DNA from: Haliotis rubra
Taxonomy: Eukaryota
Length of the DNA: 64,000 nucleotides
Direction: 5' to 3'
Assembly (NCBI RefSeq): GCF_003918875.1
Contig: NW_025767035.1
Span: 1,488,001 to 1,552,000, forward strand
This document shows positions 24,393 to 37,831 of this stretch, piece after piece. The notes under the pieces are model-generated. The model was not told the DNA's origin. It made no database searches and saw only the letters and a list, made by a program, of their open reading frames with translations. How positions within the stretch are numbered: the stretch's first letter is position 1; each line of letters starts with the position of its first letter. A program made the position numbers and the translations under genes.

Positions 24393-26764
24393 AGATGTAT
24401 AATATATCATATAGAGTACTGTATAGTCATCTGTTTTGAAATCATTATTAAGTACAGTCTGTAAGTGTACATTATTACCTAAAATGATAATGAAATTGCT
24501 GTACAAAACACTTGACTTAAAACACTTGGCATTTGACTTCAAACAAATTTCCAAGTCCTTGTTTGTAAACAGCTGACATGTATGTCATTAAAGCGATCAC
24601 AAAAATATATACACGAAGCGAAATTCTAACGTTATCCTTGATTTATTACCAGACAGAATGTCACTGAAAGTCCTTGTTATCCCTTAGAGACCCCCACAAA
24701 TCATGCTGTAAAACACTTTGGGCAACATTTAGGGTTTATAAAGCAGCGAGTCCTCTATTTGGTTGTCACAACAAAAACATATAAGAAAATATTTGCTTTT
24801 TCCAGATTTGCTCCAGAATTGAAGGATATGACATTGATCTTGCACCTGAAGATGTTTACCCACATGTATTTACGATGCAGGAATAACCTCATTGAAAAGC
24901 AATATCTGGTTACAAAACGGCATGATGTAATGCAGTTTTGGGATACAATTGAAAATGCTTGGCAACCTTGAAAACGACCAAAATCACAAGAGTTACATCC
25001 GTAAATGTATTATTTGCATAATGGCGAATCTGTTAGGTGTCTTCTAATACCAAATACATGGCGCTATACCTATAATTACTCAGCAGTTAACAAAGATGCA
25101 AAGTAAAACATTGAATTTCAAGCAAAAAAAGCAACAAATCAGATTACTGTGACCAGTGCTTCGAGCAACACAAGCAAGCTTAAGACTGATTAAATGTCTA
25201 TTCACAGTGAAGAATTGTCCCTTCATATATAGCAGTGTTCTATCTAAAAAAGCAAGGTTACCATGGAAACGTTAAAAACGGCAGGAGGGCTGACACTTTC
25301 AAATATGGCGACATTGGTTTTAGACATTGGAAACTACAGATTCCAGACTTTCGGACCATATCAATCAAATCTTGCTATACCTCCGGTAGACGTGTTTCAA
25401 TTTACCAGAAACCACTGGGCGGCCATGGTGCAGGCATTGCCTGGGTCAGTGAGTCGCCAGCGCCGCATACATCGAGAACCAGACCGAGGTCTATTTGCGT
25501 AAATGGGTGAACAGCATCTGTTATGCATGTGTAAGTGACGGACAGCTGCAAATTATGAAATGTATTTTGCAATCAGTATCCACAATCTACGGTTGTTTAC
25601 GGGGAATGGGGGTGTACCTGTTGACCGTATGTTGACTTGTGGGAAAGTGTTGGATAAAATCCAGATATGTGATCGTTACTACGTCGACGAATGTTTCCGC
25701 TGTATAAAGTGAAACCTGTCTACCTCTGTTGAGGGACGCGATGTAGATATGATTTTTTATACATATGGAACGGACACGCAAATGAATTTTATTTGATTTG
25801 TTATTAATTAAACAACGACTACTAAATGCAGCGTAGATATGAAAAGGTGGAAAAATCAACTATCATGAACTAACTGTACGATCATTCACAATTCTAACCT
25901 GCTCGAACAGATTTCTAGCTTAAACTCTGTGTTTCGGTTTGGAATCAACCTGTATGTATGTCTAAAATCCCGATCAGTTTCATCGCCTCTAACGACCATC
26001 ATAAGTTGCTGGGCCCTTCTCTCGATTCTGAATCGTTACGGAGACTTTAAAATCCTGCACTGGTGACGGAGCTGTCGACACTAGAGGCCATACATGTCAC
26101 TTTATCGCAGTGTGACGGCCATGGTGCGCACTTAGGTCCAAGAAGTGGCAGCTGAATCGACACCATTCACGAAGAATTACTATACTAAGGTTTCACTACA
26201 CAAGTTTGTCTGATAACATTTGACCGAGTTATACATGATCCAGTAACTACACAGGCGGATCCAGAGAGGGTGCGGGGATGCGCTGTATCTGCCCCTGAAC
26301 AAAATCCGTTTATTATCTCCGCCGACGGCCGAGAGAGTTTTGATGAGTTTATGTCCGCTTCAGTCACTAAATCTTTGCGTCATGTGAGAAAATACGAGTC
26401 GGAATGTGATGTGAACACTTCGATTCAAGTACTGCCTTATAAGATTGAACATCTAAGGAACAAAGTCCCAGGATGTGTTAAATTGCAGTGTTCACAGTCT
26501 GACACATCACACTCAGTACTGTGTGCACTGGACATTACCTTACAATACAAGATTTCAATATTTGTTTCAGCAGTCTTGTCCGATCTCAGAATTGGCTGGC
26601 ATGGTGGGTTGAAATAGATAGAATTTATTTGTTTTTATTCTTGTGTTCCTGGCCTTGGAGCTGACTGAAATACAGATTTTATTGTCACAATGTCGGGAAC
26701 TTAGTAACGGGTAACTGTTCATGCCATTGACCATTGCTCCTGCTGTCAACCACTGGGTAACAGG

Positions 26765-27113
26765 TAGGGCTGGGACGGGTAGGTAATGAGTTGGACCCAG
26801 GTACCCGTCTCAATACCCGGACCCGTTATGATCATGTGACTAATAGATGAAACAATTTTTATTATGTTATTCTTTCTTGATTAAAAGATTGTATTGTCTT
26901 TGAAGATTTAGACATAATTTACAGTCACTTTTTTTAATATAATACATGGTTAAGATATTAAAAAACTTGAAATTTTAACCTCCGAGCTGAAGAATATATT
27001 GCCATTTCTTGCAAATTTTATGTCAGGAATTAACACATAACCAGTATCTCAGTAGGGTAGGGTAATACGGGGTGGGGTACCCGGGTAGAAAATTTGGACC
27101 GGTCCAAGCCCTA
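26765..27113. mobile_element. Non-autonomous hAT-type element
   Basis: tagggctgggac...gtccaagcccta termini, 8-bp TSD GTAACAGG. Confidence 0.9.
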
Positions 27114-29627
27114 GTAACAGGGCCAATCATACAGTTCTGTTACTGGGCTAATTACATGTCACTGTTATGTATTAATGATTCTGTCAGCCATGGGATTCAT
27201 GTTCCAGGTGGTATATCTTGGGTACAATGATGTGCCAGAAACATGGCCCAAATGTCATTGAGTATTGCTCATGCTATCAACCACTGGTTTGAAGCCAAAA
27301 CCCCAAGATACAGCGAGGAAAATACTGACAGGTAAGAAACAACATTAACTCAAAGAGTCATTGTCCTCTTGGCAGTGCCGCCATTATATACAAACATTCT
27401 CTTGCCCAGCCACACCCCCCATGACAAAGTGTCACTGTCATGTTGGAGGGACGCCTGGGGTGGTGCATGTCTCAGGTGTTTACCAACAGCATGGGCATGG
27501 TACCAACAAACCCTGAACAAACCTGGGATGAACTGGAATTTGAACCCACAATCCTATTTGTCACCCATACTCAAGGGAAGAAAGTCTGCATAGAGAATGT
27601 CAGTGTCTAAGACAAGTGGCCCACCCTTGACTCCTTGAATACTGTGCAGAGCAGAATATGCATAAAACATACACTAAGCAATACTCACTTATTCCTAATA
27701 ATCATGCACATGTACCATAAATGTACATATTATTAATAATATATCAGTAGCATCATTTCATTTTAAGGCACCCCATCATCAATTTTGTACGCATGTACTA
27801 GGGTGGGTCAGCAATTTTGTACTTAACATGCACTTACTTTGTACATGTCACTTACTTTGTACATAAATTTTATGGGGGGGTCATTCACATTGTACATGCT
27901 TCTCCATAAAAATCACCCCCAACCCCCATACATTATAAACGGTCCCTTAAAATGAAATGATAATATCACAATTTTCACTGCATCCAACTGATTATGCCAA
28001 GACCTTAGAGTTAGAAAAATGAATAGACATAAACTGAATAAATTGCTGTTTTATTTTAAAATTCAGGCTCACACAGGTAAAATATAAATATTACTGTCAT
28101 CTGAATATATAAAACATAAATCAACAAGGTATCAAATATGGCACAATGTACAACAACCTGCATCCTCTTCACATACAAGAGTATGGGTTACCTTCATCTA
28201 AAATCCGTTCATTTCTGTTCACAATGTTAACATGCTAAAGGTGGACCAAGTCACAGTCCAGTCATCAAACTTGAATCATGTCACTTCATCATGTGAAATA
28301 TCTTAATGATCTGCAATACACAAGTGTCAGCATAAACACTATGCATTGTGATCTGCTAAATCTGAAACAAACTCTTAACTTTAACTGTTTTCAAACCTGC
28401 AAACCAGCAAGCACTCGGTCAAAATTGTTTTAAAAATTGAGCTATCAGATCAGCCAGGTGCTGTGATGCAAAGCCAATGCAACTCTACTACGTGTTTGAT
28501 ATCGTGTCACAACTGATCCTGTCTACATCTTTACTGTTTCCATGATGGTTTTATGGTGGTCAGAATATTGATCAAGTCACACACAGGAATTTGATAACAA
28601 AAAAGCAGTCTGGTATATAGTCGCGATGATAAATCACTAGTCATCTGCTAGCGGGGTGTACATGATTTCATGAGCTGAATGGTCCTATTCACCCCTGACC
28701 TTCAGTATTTTGGTGTTCAAGCTCGTAAAATCTAGCAGCACATGTCACTCATATCATTTACCGCCATTTTCACCTGCAGATTTTTCATCTTAAATGAAGT
28801 AGGCAACCTTGATATAATTTGGTGTTATTTGTCTCCTCTACCTATATCATGTTTACACCATGTTATAGCGGAATATCAAAATATGTAAGATATCATGAGA
28901 TTTCAAATATGTGCTCATGTGCTTGTCGCCCTATATAACTCCAGATAATAGATGTAATTAATATTCTGAAATCTCGCTCTTGTAATGGTCCAGATTCAAT
29001 TTTCCGTACACATGCTCATGTATCGGTACACAGCATAATACTTAAGTCCCATTACAATACACATGAGGATACATAATTCATGTAATTTGCAATGCATATG
29101 ATTATGAAAGAAATTCTCAATTTCAATCCAGCCCAGGTGACAAAACGTTTTTGCTCTCTCCCAGTTAATACATGTATATCACATGATGGGTCATGTTTTG
29201 TCATTACAATACTACATGACTTATAGTATTCATGAATATTATGCAACCACACTTTACACAATTACAATTTACTACTGATAGACTGCGAGGTAACACTATC
29301 GCCTCTGCTAGCAATTCAACATTATCAGACTAGGTTGTTGTGAAAGGTTTGTAACTATTGCTTTTGAAAGTCTCTAACATGGACATGATGTAAAACACAC
29401 AGAACTGGACATGAATTATGTATTGACAGATTGAAATTAATACCCTGCATATGTAGAGTAACATCCATATGCTTTAAGCACAGATGAACAAGGTCAAGCT
29501 TAATGTAAATTCATTATCCAAATCACGGCAAATGGTAAAGTCCTGAATAACAAACAATAATGAATAAAGCAAATGACACAATATACTACTAGTAGTAAAA
29601 ATGTAGTAAGGATGTCGTTCAATATTA

Positions 29628-30587
29628 TCAGAAAGGTTCACTCTTGTCGAATTCAGGATGCCTGTGTGCCCATTCATTTGTAAAATATTTTACAGTGTTG
29701 TCTAGCTTAAGCAGCTTCTCAAAATCACTTGATGACAACTTCCAGTCAAATATATCCAGATTGTCTTTAATTCTCTCGAAATTTTGACTCTTAGGTAAAA
29801 CACCCATACCCTTAAGCAATAAGAAGTTTAACAATATCTGTCCTGGAGTCTTTTTGTACTCAAACGATAATTGTTTCACTTGTGGATCTTCAAGCAGCAC
29901 CAGATCTTCTGGCTTTTTATCAGGCTTAGATGGTGCACCTAGTGGTGAATATGCAGTAAGTATAATGTTTTTCTCTCCACAAAACTCAACAAGCTTCTTC
30001 TGCTGCCAGTAAGCATGTGCCTCGAGTTGAAGATTTGCAGGCTTGATTTTAGCTTTGTCCCATATCCTCTGAATCTGTTCTGGGTTGAAGTTAGATACTC
30101 CAATGCTTTTGGCCCAATTCTGACCATGCATCTGTTCAAAGGCAGACCATGTTTCCAGAAGGTCGTGATGCTTCAACTCACGTTCTCCTTTCGAATTGAG
30201 AGGTTTGAGCGTTCCAACCCCTCTGTTGACATTACCCCAAGGTTGGTGAATTAACAACAAGTCGACATGTGTTTGTTTGAGACTTTCTAGCGACATTTCG
30301 GCACTTTTGATCGCTGCATCTCTTTCCAAATAAGCACATGGTACTTTTGTTGTGATAAACAAATCTTTCCTTTTATTTTTCCCAGCCCTAATCCTATCTT
30401 TAATGACCTCGCCCACTTCAACTTCGTTACCATAGCTTAGCGCTGTGTCGATATGTCTGTACCCCAGGAACAGAGCGTAATCGACCGCCCTTTTCAATGC
30501 GTCACCTTTCATAAGATAGGTTCCAAGCCCGACAGCGGGCATACGTAGGCCATTATTCATAGACAAATAGCTCATAATAGACGCCAT
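29628..30587 (-). CDS. Intronless aldo-keto reductase (AKR1-like), 319 aa
   Basis: MPAVGLGTY, GYRHIDTALSYGNE, LFITTK, DLLLIH, KSIGVSNF, AYSPLG and LPKS motifs; catalytic Asp-Tyr-Lys-His tetrad present; single uninterrupted ORF. Confidence 0.96.
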   Translation of the reverse strand: MASIMSYLSMNNGLRMPAVGLGTYLMKGDALKRAVDYALFLGYRHIDTALSYGNEVEVGEVIKDRIRAGKNKRKDLFITTKVPCAYLERDAAIKSAEMSLESLKQTHVDLLLIHQPWGNVNRGVGTLKPLNSKGERELKHHDLLETWSAFEQMHGQNWAKSIGVSNFNPEQIQRIWDKAKIKPANLQLEAHAYWQQKKLVEFCGEKNIILTAYSPLGAPSKPDKKPEDLVLLEDPQVKQLSFEYKKTPGQILLNFLLLKGMGVLPKSQNFERIKDNLDIFDWKLSSSDFEKLLKLDNTVKYFTNEWAHRHPEFDKSEPF

Positions 30588-32664
30588 TTTATGGTCTTCG
30601 CAGATTAACTTCTAGTGTATCAGGGATAGATAATCACACAGTGCTTGGAATCACGCAACAACGACATCCACATGCAAGCATTTGTTTACAAACACACACA
30701 CGTGAAAACAAACCGGAAGTGGGAAATCGAAATACGGTTGTCGTAGACGACTGTCGGGGAATCCTTCAACTTAGTGTAGACTGGCTCCTGTAACCAATGT
30801 GCCTAGTTCTGTGTTTAACTAACTCCGGGTGGCCAAAATGCAAGTGATTTGCTTTATGTTAGCGCATATACATGTATAATGTTTGCGACAAACATACACG
30901 CACGTCAAGCATTCGGACCCAGTCGGCAAATTCCGCTAGTTGCATTTTCGTGTATCTTCGGATACATTTAGCCACCTTTATGTTTATGTTTGTAGATAGA
31001 CGGTTAATGCATGGAAATACATGATTTCTACAGAAACACACAACTGTATTTAAATTGGAAATGTGCCCAAATCAGAGCCAGAAGAATATCTAGGCATGCT
31101 TCATTCATGGGTTTTGCATTATAGAAAGTACTGGCTGGAACGGAAAATAATATGCATATTATATGGTTCAGGGACTGTGAGGCCAGAGACCATATAATAA
31201 AAATAATTTATTTTGTGGTCTATGGTTAGACAGGGTGCTCTGTTTCGTGTGTATGTACTTATAATCATCAGGGCACTTGACATCTCCATTTTGTCGAACA
31301 TTCCTTTTAAAATTATATTCACGAGTACATGCAAAAGTTCATATCTATGTTAATTATGCGTGTTACGTAAATTTTGAACGCTTTCTGTGAATTCCATATG
31401 ACCGCATTTATGGATACAATGTATTTGTGCATGTTATTAGAGTATGTTTGTTTATTTGTTGTTTAACGCCATTCTCAGCAATCATCCAGTTATGTGACGA
31501 TTATTTGTAAATAATGGAACCAGACAATCCAGTGATCAACACCATGGGAACTGATCTACGTAATTGGTGTTATTAGTGAGTAGATACATATTTATGTAAA
31601 CATTTATGTAAGTGTGTTGTGGGTGCGAGTCTGTATGAATGTCAATTACACAATGTAGTTTTATCTGGCTAAATATCGTATACTCTACGTGTAGATGTGC
31701 TCAGTGTTTATATTCATATTTGCATATACAATACCACTAGCATATTTAGTAGATATTCTGACAAGTACAGTTTAGAATCACCCGATCATTCGTGAATGGT
31801 ATTTAATATTATTTTAAGCCACTGTTTAGCTGTTCAGTTGTAGCTGAAAACCTAGTGAGAGACTGAATGATCATCGTACTACTGGAAATAATACCTTTTG
31901 AGATTTTGGAATGACCATACAATATGGAAGATCCAGTCGCCATTTTAAAATATTCTGTATCACTAAAGTTTTTGATATAAATATACATATTATCCTAATT
32001 AATTCTGTCAACTCGAAGAGTATTATTCGTAAACTACTGAACTATTGTCGGTGTCAGCAAGGCAAGTACCAAGTAAAATGAATAAAGTGTCCTTGTTTAT
32101 TTAAATCAGAGGATTAAAAGATTAAATTACTGATTCAGACGTCGGCATAATGTAAACTGTAGGTAAGGGGAGACAATCTTAGACAATGTTGTATTTCGAT
32201 AACAGCCTAACTTGAGTAATTTCCGAAATACATAGGAATGTATAGGGAGTTAATTTTTTTAAGTTCCGAGTTTTCCCCAAGTTCTTTCAGCATTGTTTCA
32301 AGGGGACAGATCATCCATAATCAATATAAAAAACAAACGAGGCCATGTTCAATTCTTGAGTCTGACGTCGGTTTCTGTGTGTCCCTCCGGAAATTATGAA
32401 TGGATAGTGTGTATGAACTCTACCTAAATCAGCATAAAGCAAACGTTAAGAGAGGACTACTAAAAACAATTCCTTTAATATTTCACCTCCAACGTGTAAG
32501 ATTCATGTATTGTCCTTGCCTCCACAATGAACTAATGATTTAGATGCCAAGGCTAGATCACATCAAGTAAAACCAATATCGGTGTATCCATGTTCGAATA
32601 ATGGTCTTCCTCATGATAAGCTTCACCAATACAGCTTCACCACTGTGCCAGCTTACTCTGTGTC

Positions 32665-32767
32665 CAGTCTAAGTAAACTTAGGCTCAGTATTATTCGTTA
32701 CACTGCTATACTGAGACTCAGTATAGCAGTGTAACGAATAATACTGAGCCTAAGTTTACTTTGACTG
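32665..32767. mobile_element. 103-bp near-perfect fold-back MITE
   Basis: Perfect 45-bp arms around one central base (32671-32761), CAGTC...GACTG ends, 9-bp TSD CTCTGTGTC. Confidence 0.9.
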
Positions 32768-33499
32768 CTCTGTGTCTCACGCAGGTAGGGGCGGTGAGGT
32801 AGCCTAGTGGTTAAAGTGTTCGACACGCCGTGGACCCGCGTTCGATTCCCCACAGGTGTACAATGTGTGAAGCCCATTTCTGGTGTCCCCCGCCGTGATA
32901 TTGCTGGAATATTGCTAAAAGCGTGTAAAACTAAATGCACTCACTGTAAACTTTAGATAAAGTAGGAAGACATTCTTGGTGTTAAGATGTTAAATAGTTG
33001 TTGTACAGTTCAGGGCTGTGCTTGGGAATATCAAGGGGTTGGTTCTACAGATATGTTTTGCTACATGATATTGCTACACGCAGCGTAAAACACAAATCAC
33101 TCATTCATTCGCCTAATGAAGGCAAGACAGTTGTGTCCCAGTTTAAGAATATTAGCGCATTTCCTTACATACGTCATGTGCAACGTTTTCGATTGTATAA
33201 CCATATACCAACAACGATCCAGATTGCTGATTGTAGTTAAACAGTTTTATATCTCGTGGAAGACTGTTCATCTGGAACATACTGTTCTGGTATTTTTCAC
33301 TTACTTCAGCTATACTTGTGTATTTGACAAGAAGTATATAAGTGTGAAAACAGAAGGGGTAAGTCATCCGCTATTTGAAAGTAAAAGGCCCTTATCCCTC
33401 TCACTCCTTTCCAGATTAATATGTGGATGCGTGCGTGTCTACGTTTGTGGGTGCTAGGCCACTGAGATACCACGCCTCACTATAACGTGTCTAGACATA

Positions 33500-33574
33500 G
33501 TCTAGCTAAGATACATAGCATTCACTGACATAAACAGCGTTCATGTCAGTGAACGCTATGTATCTTAGCTAGAC
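33500..33574. repeat. Short inverted repeat (hairpin), probable MITE remnant
   Basis: gtctagctaagatacatagcattcactgacat...atgtcagtgaacgctatgtatcttagctagac. Confidence 0.8.
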
Positions 33575-34638
33575 ATAGTCCCCCACTATGCGCCCGACCA
33601 GCCCTGGCTTCAACTCCGGTATAGCGCCAGGCTGGGTAATCACACGTTTTTAACGTCTTTGGGTGTGGCCTCTTCCATTTTGGATCGAGCCCTCGACTTT
33701 GTTTTTCGGGCAGACTGTCTACCGAGTAGAACACGGAGGCGGTGATAAGCGGCAGCAATCTGGCGAACTCGTCATTTAAAAAAAATACACTTGTTGCAGT
33801 ATAAAAATCATTTATTACATATTGTGTAAATCGTTCAAAAAGCCAATTTCGTCCAGAAATATACACATTCGTACATATCACAAATACGCATACCTTAGTT
33901 CCTCAGTTAATGACCCAAACCCTAATGAGCATTTTTCTGTAAGACCCGACACATAGTAGAAGCCTTTTTTACTTTCGTGTTGTAAAATATTTGTATTGGA
34001 ATCAGATGAGGGATAAGAGGAATAAGGAATACCAGTAAATGATGGTGGTGGATTTCTTACATGGACTTTAGGACATGTCCAATATGTCTACCAAATATCT
34101 CAACAGCGTCCGTATTACACATGTACAATCCTTGCTTGTTTGACAACCAGTGTTTACTAGCTGAAAACTTTTTAAGGTGTTCCAAATTATATTATGCTCC
34201 AGTCTACCTAATTAGACCTAATATCAATAAGGTAAATCGCTATGATAAAGATGTACACCTAACGTTAATGGTGTTATATGTTTACGAGTACCAGTGAAAT
34301 GTGTAACAACATACAATGAACTCATCAAGTCAAACTTGAACGACTGGAAGACTTATGTAACACTTGGCCTAAACATGTAGGCATGTTTTTGTGTGATTAA
34401 TTCCTCTATCTGTGCCATTCAGATGTACATATTAATGAAGAATATCAATTAAATAAGTAAACAGTGTAAATCCGGTTGTGTTTGGTACAGAAGTCTACAC
34501 CTACTTTCACCGATGGGAGGTTACCTGTTACAGGTTTCTATGTTAATATAGCCTGAGGTATTGATGTCATATTCTTGAGCCTAATGATAGAATTAACAGC
34601 ACTGTAACTGCATGGAGCTAACTGACCAGGAATTGTTC

Positions 34639-37600
34639 TCAATATACAGGCTGTTGAACACGCCGACACACGCGATGGCACTCTTGCAGAGTTTTGAAGT
34701 TGTTGGCGTTGCCACCACAGCCGCCGTATAGAAACTGCTCACACTGGCCGCTGGCAGGGTTGAAGAAGTAGCGACGGAAGGCAGCCCGACAACGTCCGAT
34801 CACCATCGGAAGACTGCAATTGTCTGGAACAGACGTATCAAAGACATGATTTGGAGGTTAGGTGATAACTCTCTTCGGTATTTGAACGATGTATTTATTT
34901 CGTGACCAACATCGTGTTATCGTGTTATCGTACAAGCCGAATAGGGATCTTATTGCGGGTTGCGGAAAGAGGCGAGTGCTGATGGATATTTCCCAAAACT
35001 TTCAAAAGAGCAGTAACTCTCTTTTTAATGTGACAAAACTAAATGTTGTTATCCACCCTTGCTGATATCGCACTCGTAAGAAACACATCTGTAAATAGCG
35101 TTGGTATACCTACCATCAACCATGACGGGTCTGCGTGTAGGGCGGACACCACCGTATGTGTGGAATGCAGGAACACACACAGTTCTTCCATAGCGCTCCA
35201 CGCACCGGGAATTCTTTCCACATCGCGTGAACTGTAATATTTGATGCATACATTATGTTTGTTTGCCTCTATGTTTGTTTCTTGTTTAACGCCGTGCTTG
35301 CAATTTTTCAGCTGTAACAAAATGAGTCTGGACCAGACAATCCAGTGACTGATATCATGAGCATCGATCTACTCCGCTGGGATACTGCAACATGCATCAG
35401 ATATTACACCCAGGCTCGTCACTACCCGTTAGTCACCTCTTACGAAAAGCATGGGTTTCTGAAGACCAGTTCTAAAACAGGTGTCGCGAAAAACACTCAT
35501 TTACTCACATTGTTTACACAATGTTCAGCGTAATACACAAGCAAGCGTTAAAGAACGTATACTGTTTAGTATTAATTTAGAACTTTACCCGAAGATGCAA
35601 TATAACATACGCGTTATCTTTGTATGCAATTATAAACATATCTGAAAATAGTGAGCGAACTGTATTTCATTTTTTTTTTTCAACTAGAAAACAAATGTTG
35701 AAGAATAGCCCGCAGATGTTTCAGAAAAATGATAAGAAAATAATGATCACTGTTTTACAAACCAATAATCACAAACAAAGCTAATATTATTGATAACATT
35801 ATTGAAATTACGACAATATATCGCCGTGCCTAATGCCCTTGCCCGTGGCCATGCCACAACAATCAATCATTTCTGCTGAAAAGGTCTACTCCCATTTGTG
35901 AGAACTCCCAGTTGTGAGACTCCCAGTTATGAGACAGTGGAGTAGGTAATTAACAACGAAAACACACCATGCTCCCCTGTCTGATAGAATGGATTCACCC
36001 TAGCTAATTACTGATTTGCTATGTAACTGAATCTTGTGGAGGTAACTTAATGAAACTTTATAGGATAAATTGATTAACATACTCAGGTAAATGTCTTTAA
36101 TAATTAAACACTTTGTGTAGGTAACTTCGTGATCAAAGAGAAATTAATTTACCTACTCAGATTTACTCCGTCTCCGAAACTACAAGCTATAGTTTGAGAA
36201 ATAACTCTGAAATTACTCTGAAATTTACAGTCGAAATGCCCCTTATGCCAAACCCTTTCTACCCGACACAATACATTTAGTGAATGCCCTACCAAATTCC
36301 AAAGAGTCATGCAGTCTCAAAGAATTTTAAAACCTAATTACAAAAAAACGAAAACAAGATTTATATTGATCTTATATATTTTTGAACGGAAACAAAGAAT
36401 TTACTCCTTGTGTAAACCAGAAAATAGTTGAATCCGTCCACGATTATATCATCAAGACACAACCTTCATGTTTCACAGGGAAATACTGAAATTAACTCAA
36501 TCTTCTCGTGATTGATTTATATTAATTATTACAATAGATTGTTACTTAGAGAATAGTTGTATTTGATGTAATCTGTATATATTTATATGTATAAAATAAA
36601 AATGTGTTATCATAATTACATATTCTTCTGAATAAATAAAATACTCAATGAACTATGCCTCCTGTGGGTACTGGGCTGGGCTGATCCCACTTTCATTGTA
36701 GGGATGTGGAAACACCACCTATGTGCACTGAACCATTAATTAATGTGTCTCACAACTGGGAGTTCTCACAAATGGGAGGACACCGCTGAAAATACTACCC
36801 ATCAAAAGTTTAGACTCACTTAAAGCACTCACTATATATATATATATATACACATAACATATATTCATGTGTAAACAGTACTTTTAAACAGTATGGAATA
36901 TTTTGCATATCTAGTTTAGAACAGTTGACTGAAGTAAGTGGCTACATCTACACTAGTGAGTCTAAACATTTGATGGGTATATAGGAAAATACTGATTAAT
37001 CATTTGCTACTTCCTTACCAAGCAGCGTGGTGAGACTTTGGGGTGTGTCCTGTCGCTGGGGTTGTCCAGCAGGCTGCCACCAAGGCTGGGCCACGTGTTA
37101 CACTTACACTCTCCGGGGACCATACCATTGAGGCAAAACAACAAGCATCTTGGAACCGGTTCTGAAAACACGAGTGATTTCTGTGAAGTAACACTACGAT
37201 TCGACTACGGATTCTTTAGATGAAGATGTGATTCCAAACTTTATATCCTTGACATTACCGATTATTATCGTCGTTCAATATGTCTCCAACTACGGTGAAA
37301 TCGAGTTACTAATGTCTTTATAAGACTGATCGCACAGTGATGGAGATGTTCATGGAATGAATATCAGTCATAAGCGCACCTGTCCACAGGATCATAAGAT
37401 GCCAAAAGTAAATACCAATTAACCAATAGTTTGAAATAGGTATGCCGAAAAGTGTCAGTATGAGAAAGGCAGGTCAGTCTCATGCATTACAAATTTATGA
37501 TTTTTCCTGTCGTACTGCATCCGTATACCGGTTCAGGGCCAACTGTTCATTTGGTCAGAATGGGGCGTATTTGTGTACTTTCGTTTACCCGGAAAATTGT

Positions 37601-37831
37601 AACAATGTCCACTTGGCATTAGCGCTAGGAATGATTGTTATTTAATCGACCGCAAACTTTGTTGAAAGTTTAGGAATTAAAAAATTGTAAGCCACAATGA
37701 AATGCAACCGCTTTGAGAAAAGAATGGTCTTTGGAAACGAAATTGAAATGGTCAATGTACGTACCTATAAACGAACTCGCTTCAACTGCGGCGAGAACAG
37801 CAATGGCACACAGGACTGTTTTGATGTCCAT
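34639..37831 (-). CDS. K5: secreted 170-aa protein, signal + 4-Cys module + FOLN-like 4-Cys module + Kunitz; exons 37831-37765, 37161-37019, 35231-35114, 34823-34639
   Basis: Four GT-AG exons with matching phases (1,0,1): [170 protein letters not shown]. Confidence 0.88.
35883..36784. mobile_element. ~900-bp non-autonomous DNA transposon in a K5 intron
   Basis: Inverted repeats ctcccatttgtgagaactcccagttgtgagac, GG..CC ends, 8-bp TSD GCTGAAAA (Merlin-like features; superfamily uncertain). Confidence 0.85.
36795..36979. mobile_element. Tc1-type MITE
   Basis: TIR tacccatcaaa(a/t)gtttagactcact at both ends, flanked by TA. Confidence 0.8.

Larger units (their letters stand above)
12846..24819 (+). 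repeat. Tandem segmental duplication: unit 1 ~12846-18537, unit 2 ~18536-24819
   Basis: Colinear near-identical sequence including introns and intergenic DNA. Junction ccagaATattcc joins the unit end (ccagaat, compare 24813-24819) to the unit start (atattcc, 12846). Confidence 0.95.

Noticed and set aside
24806-24886. Acceptor followed by ICSRIEGYDIDLAPEDVYPHVFTMQE*
   Set aside because: No upstream exon or homology to support it.
25235-25510. Overlapping 79-91 aa ORFs with coding-like GC content
   Set aside because: No recognisable motif and no convincing splice partners.
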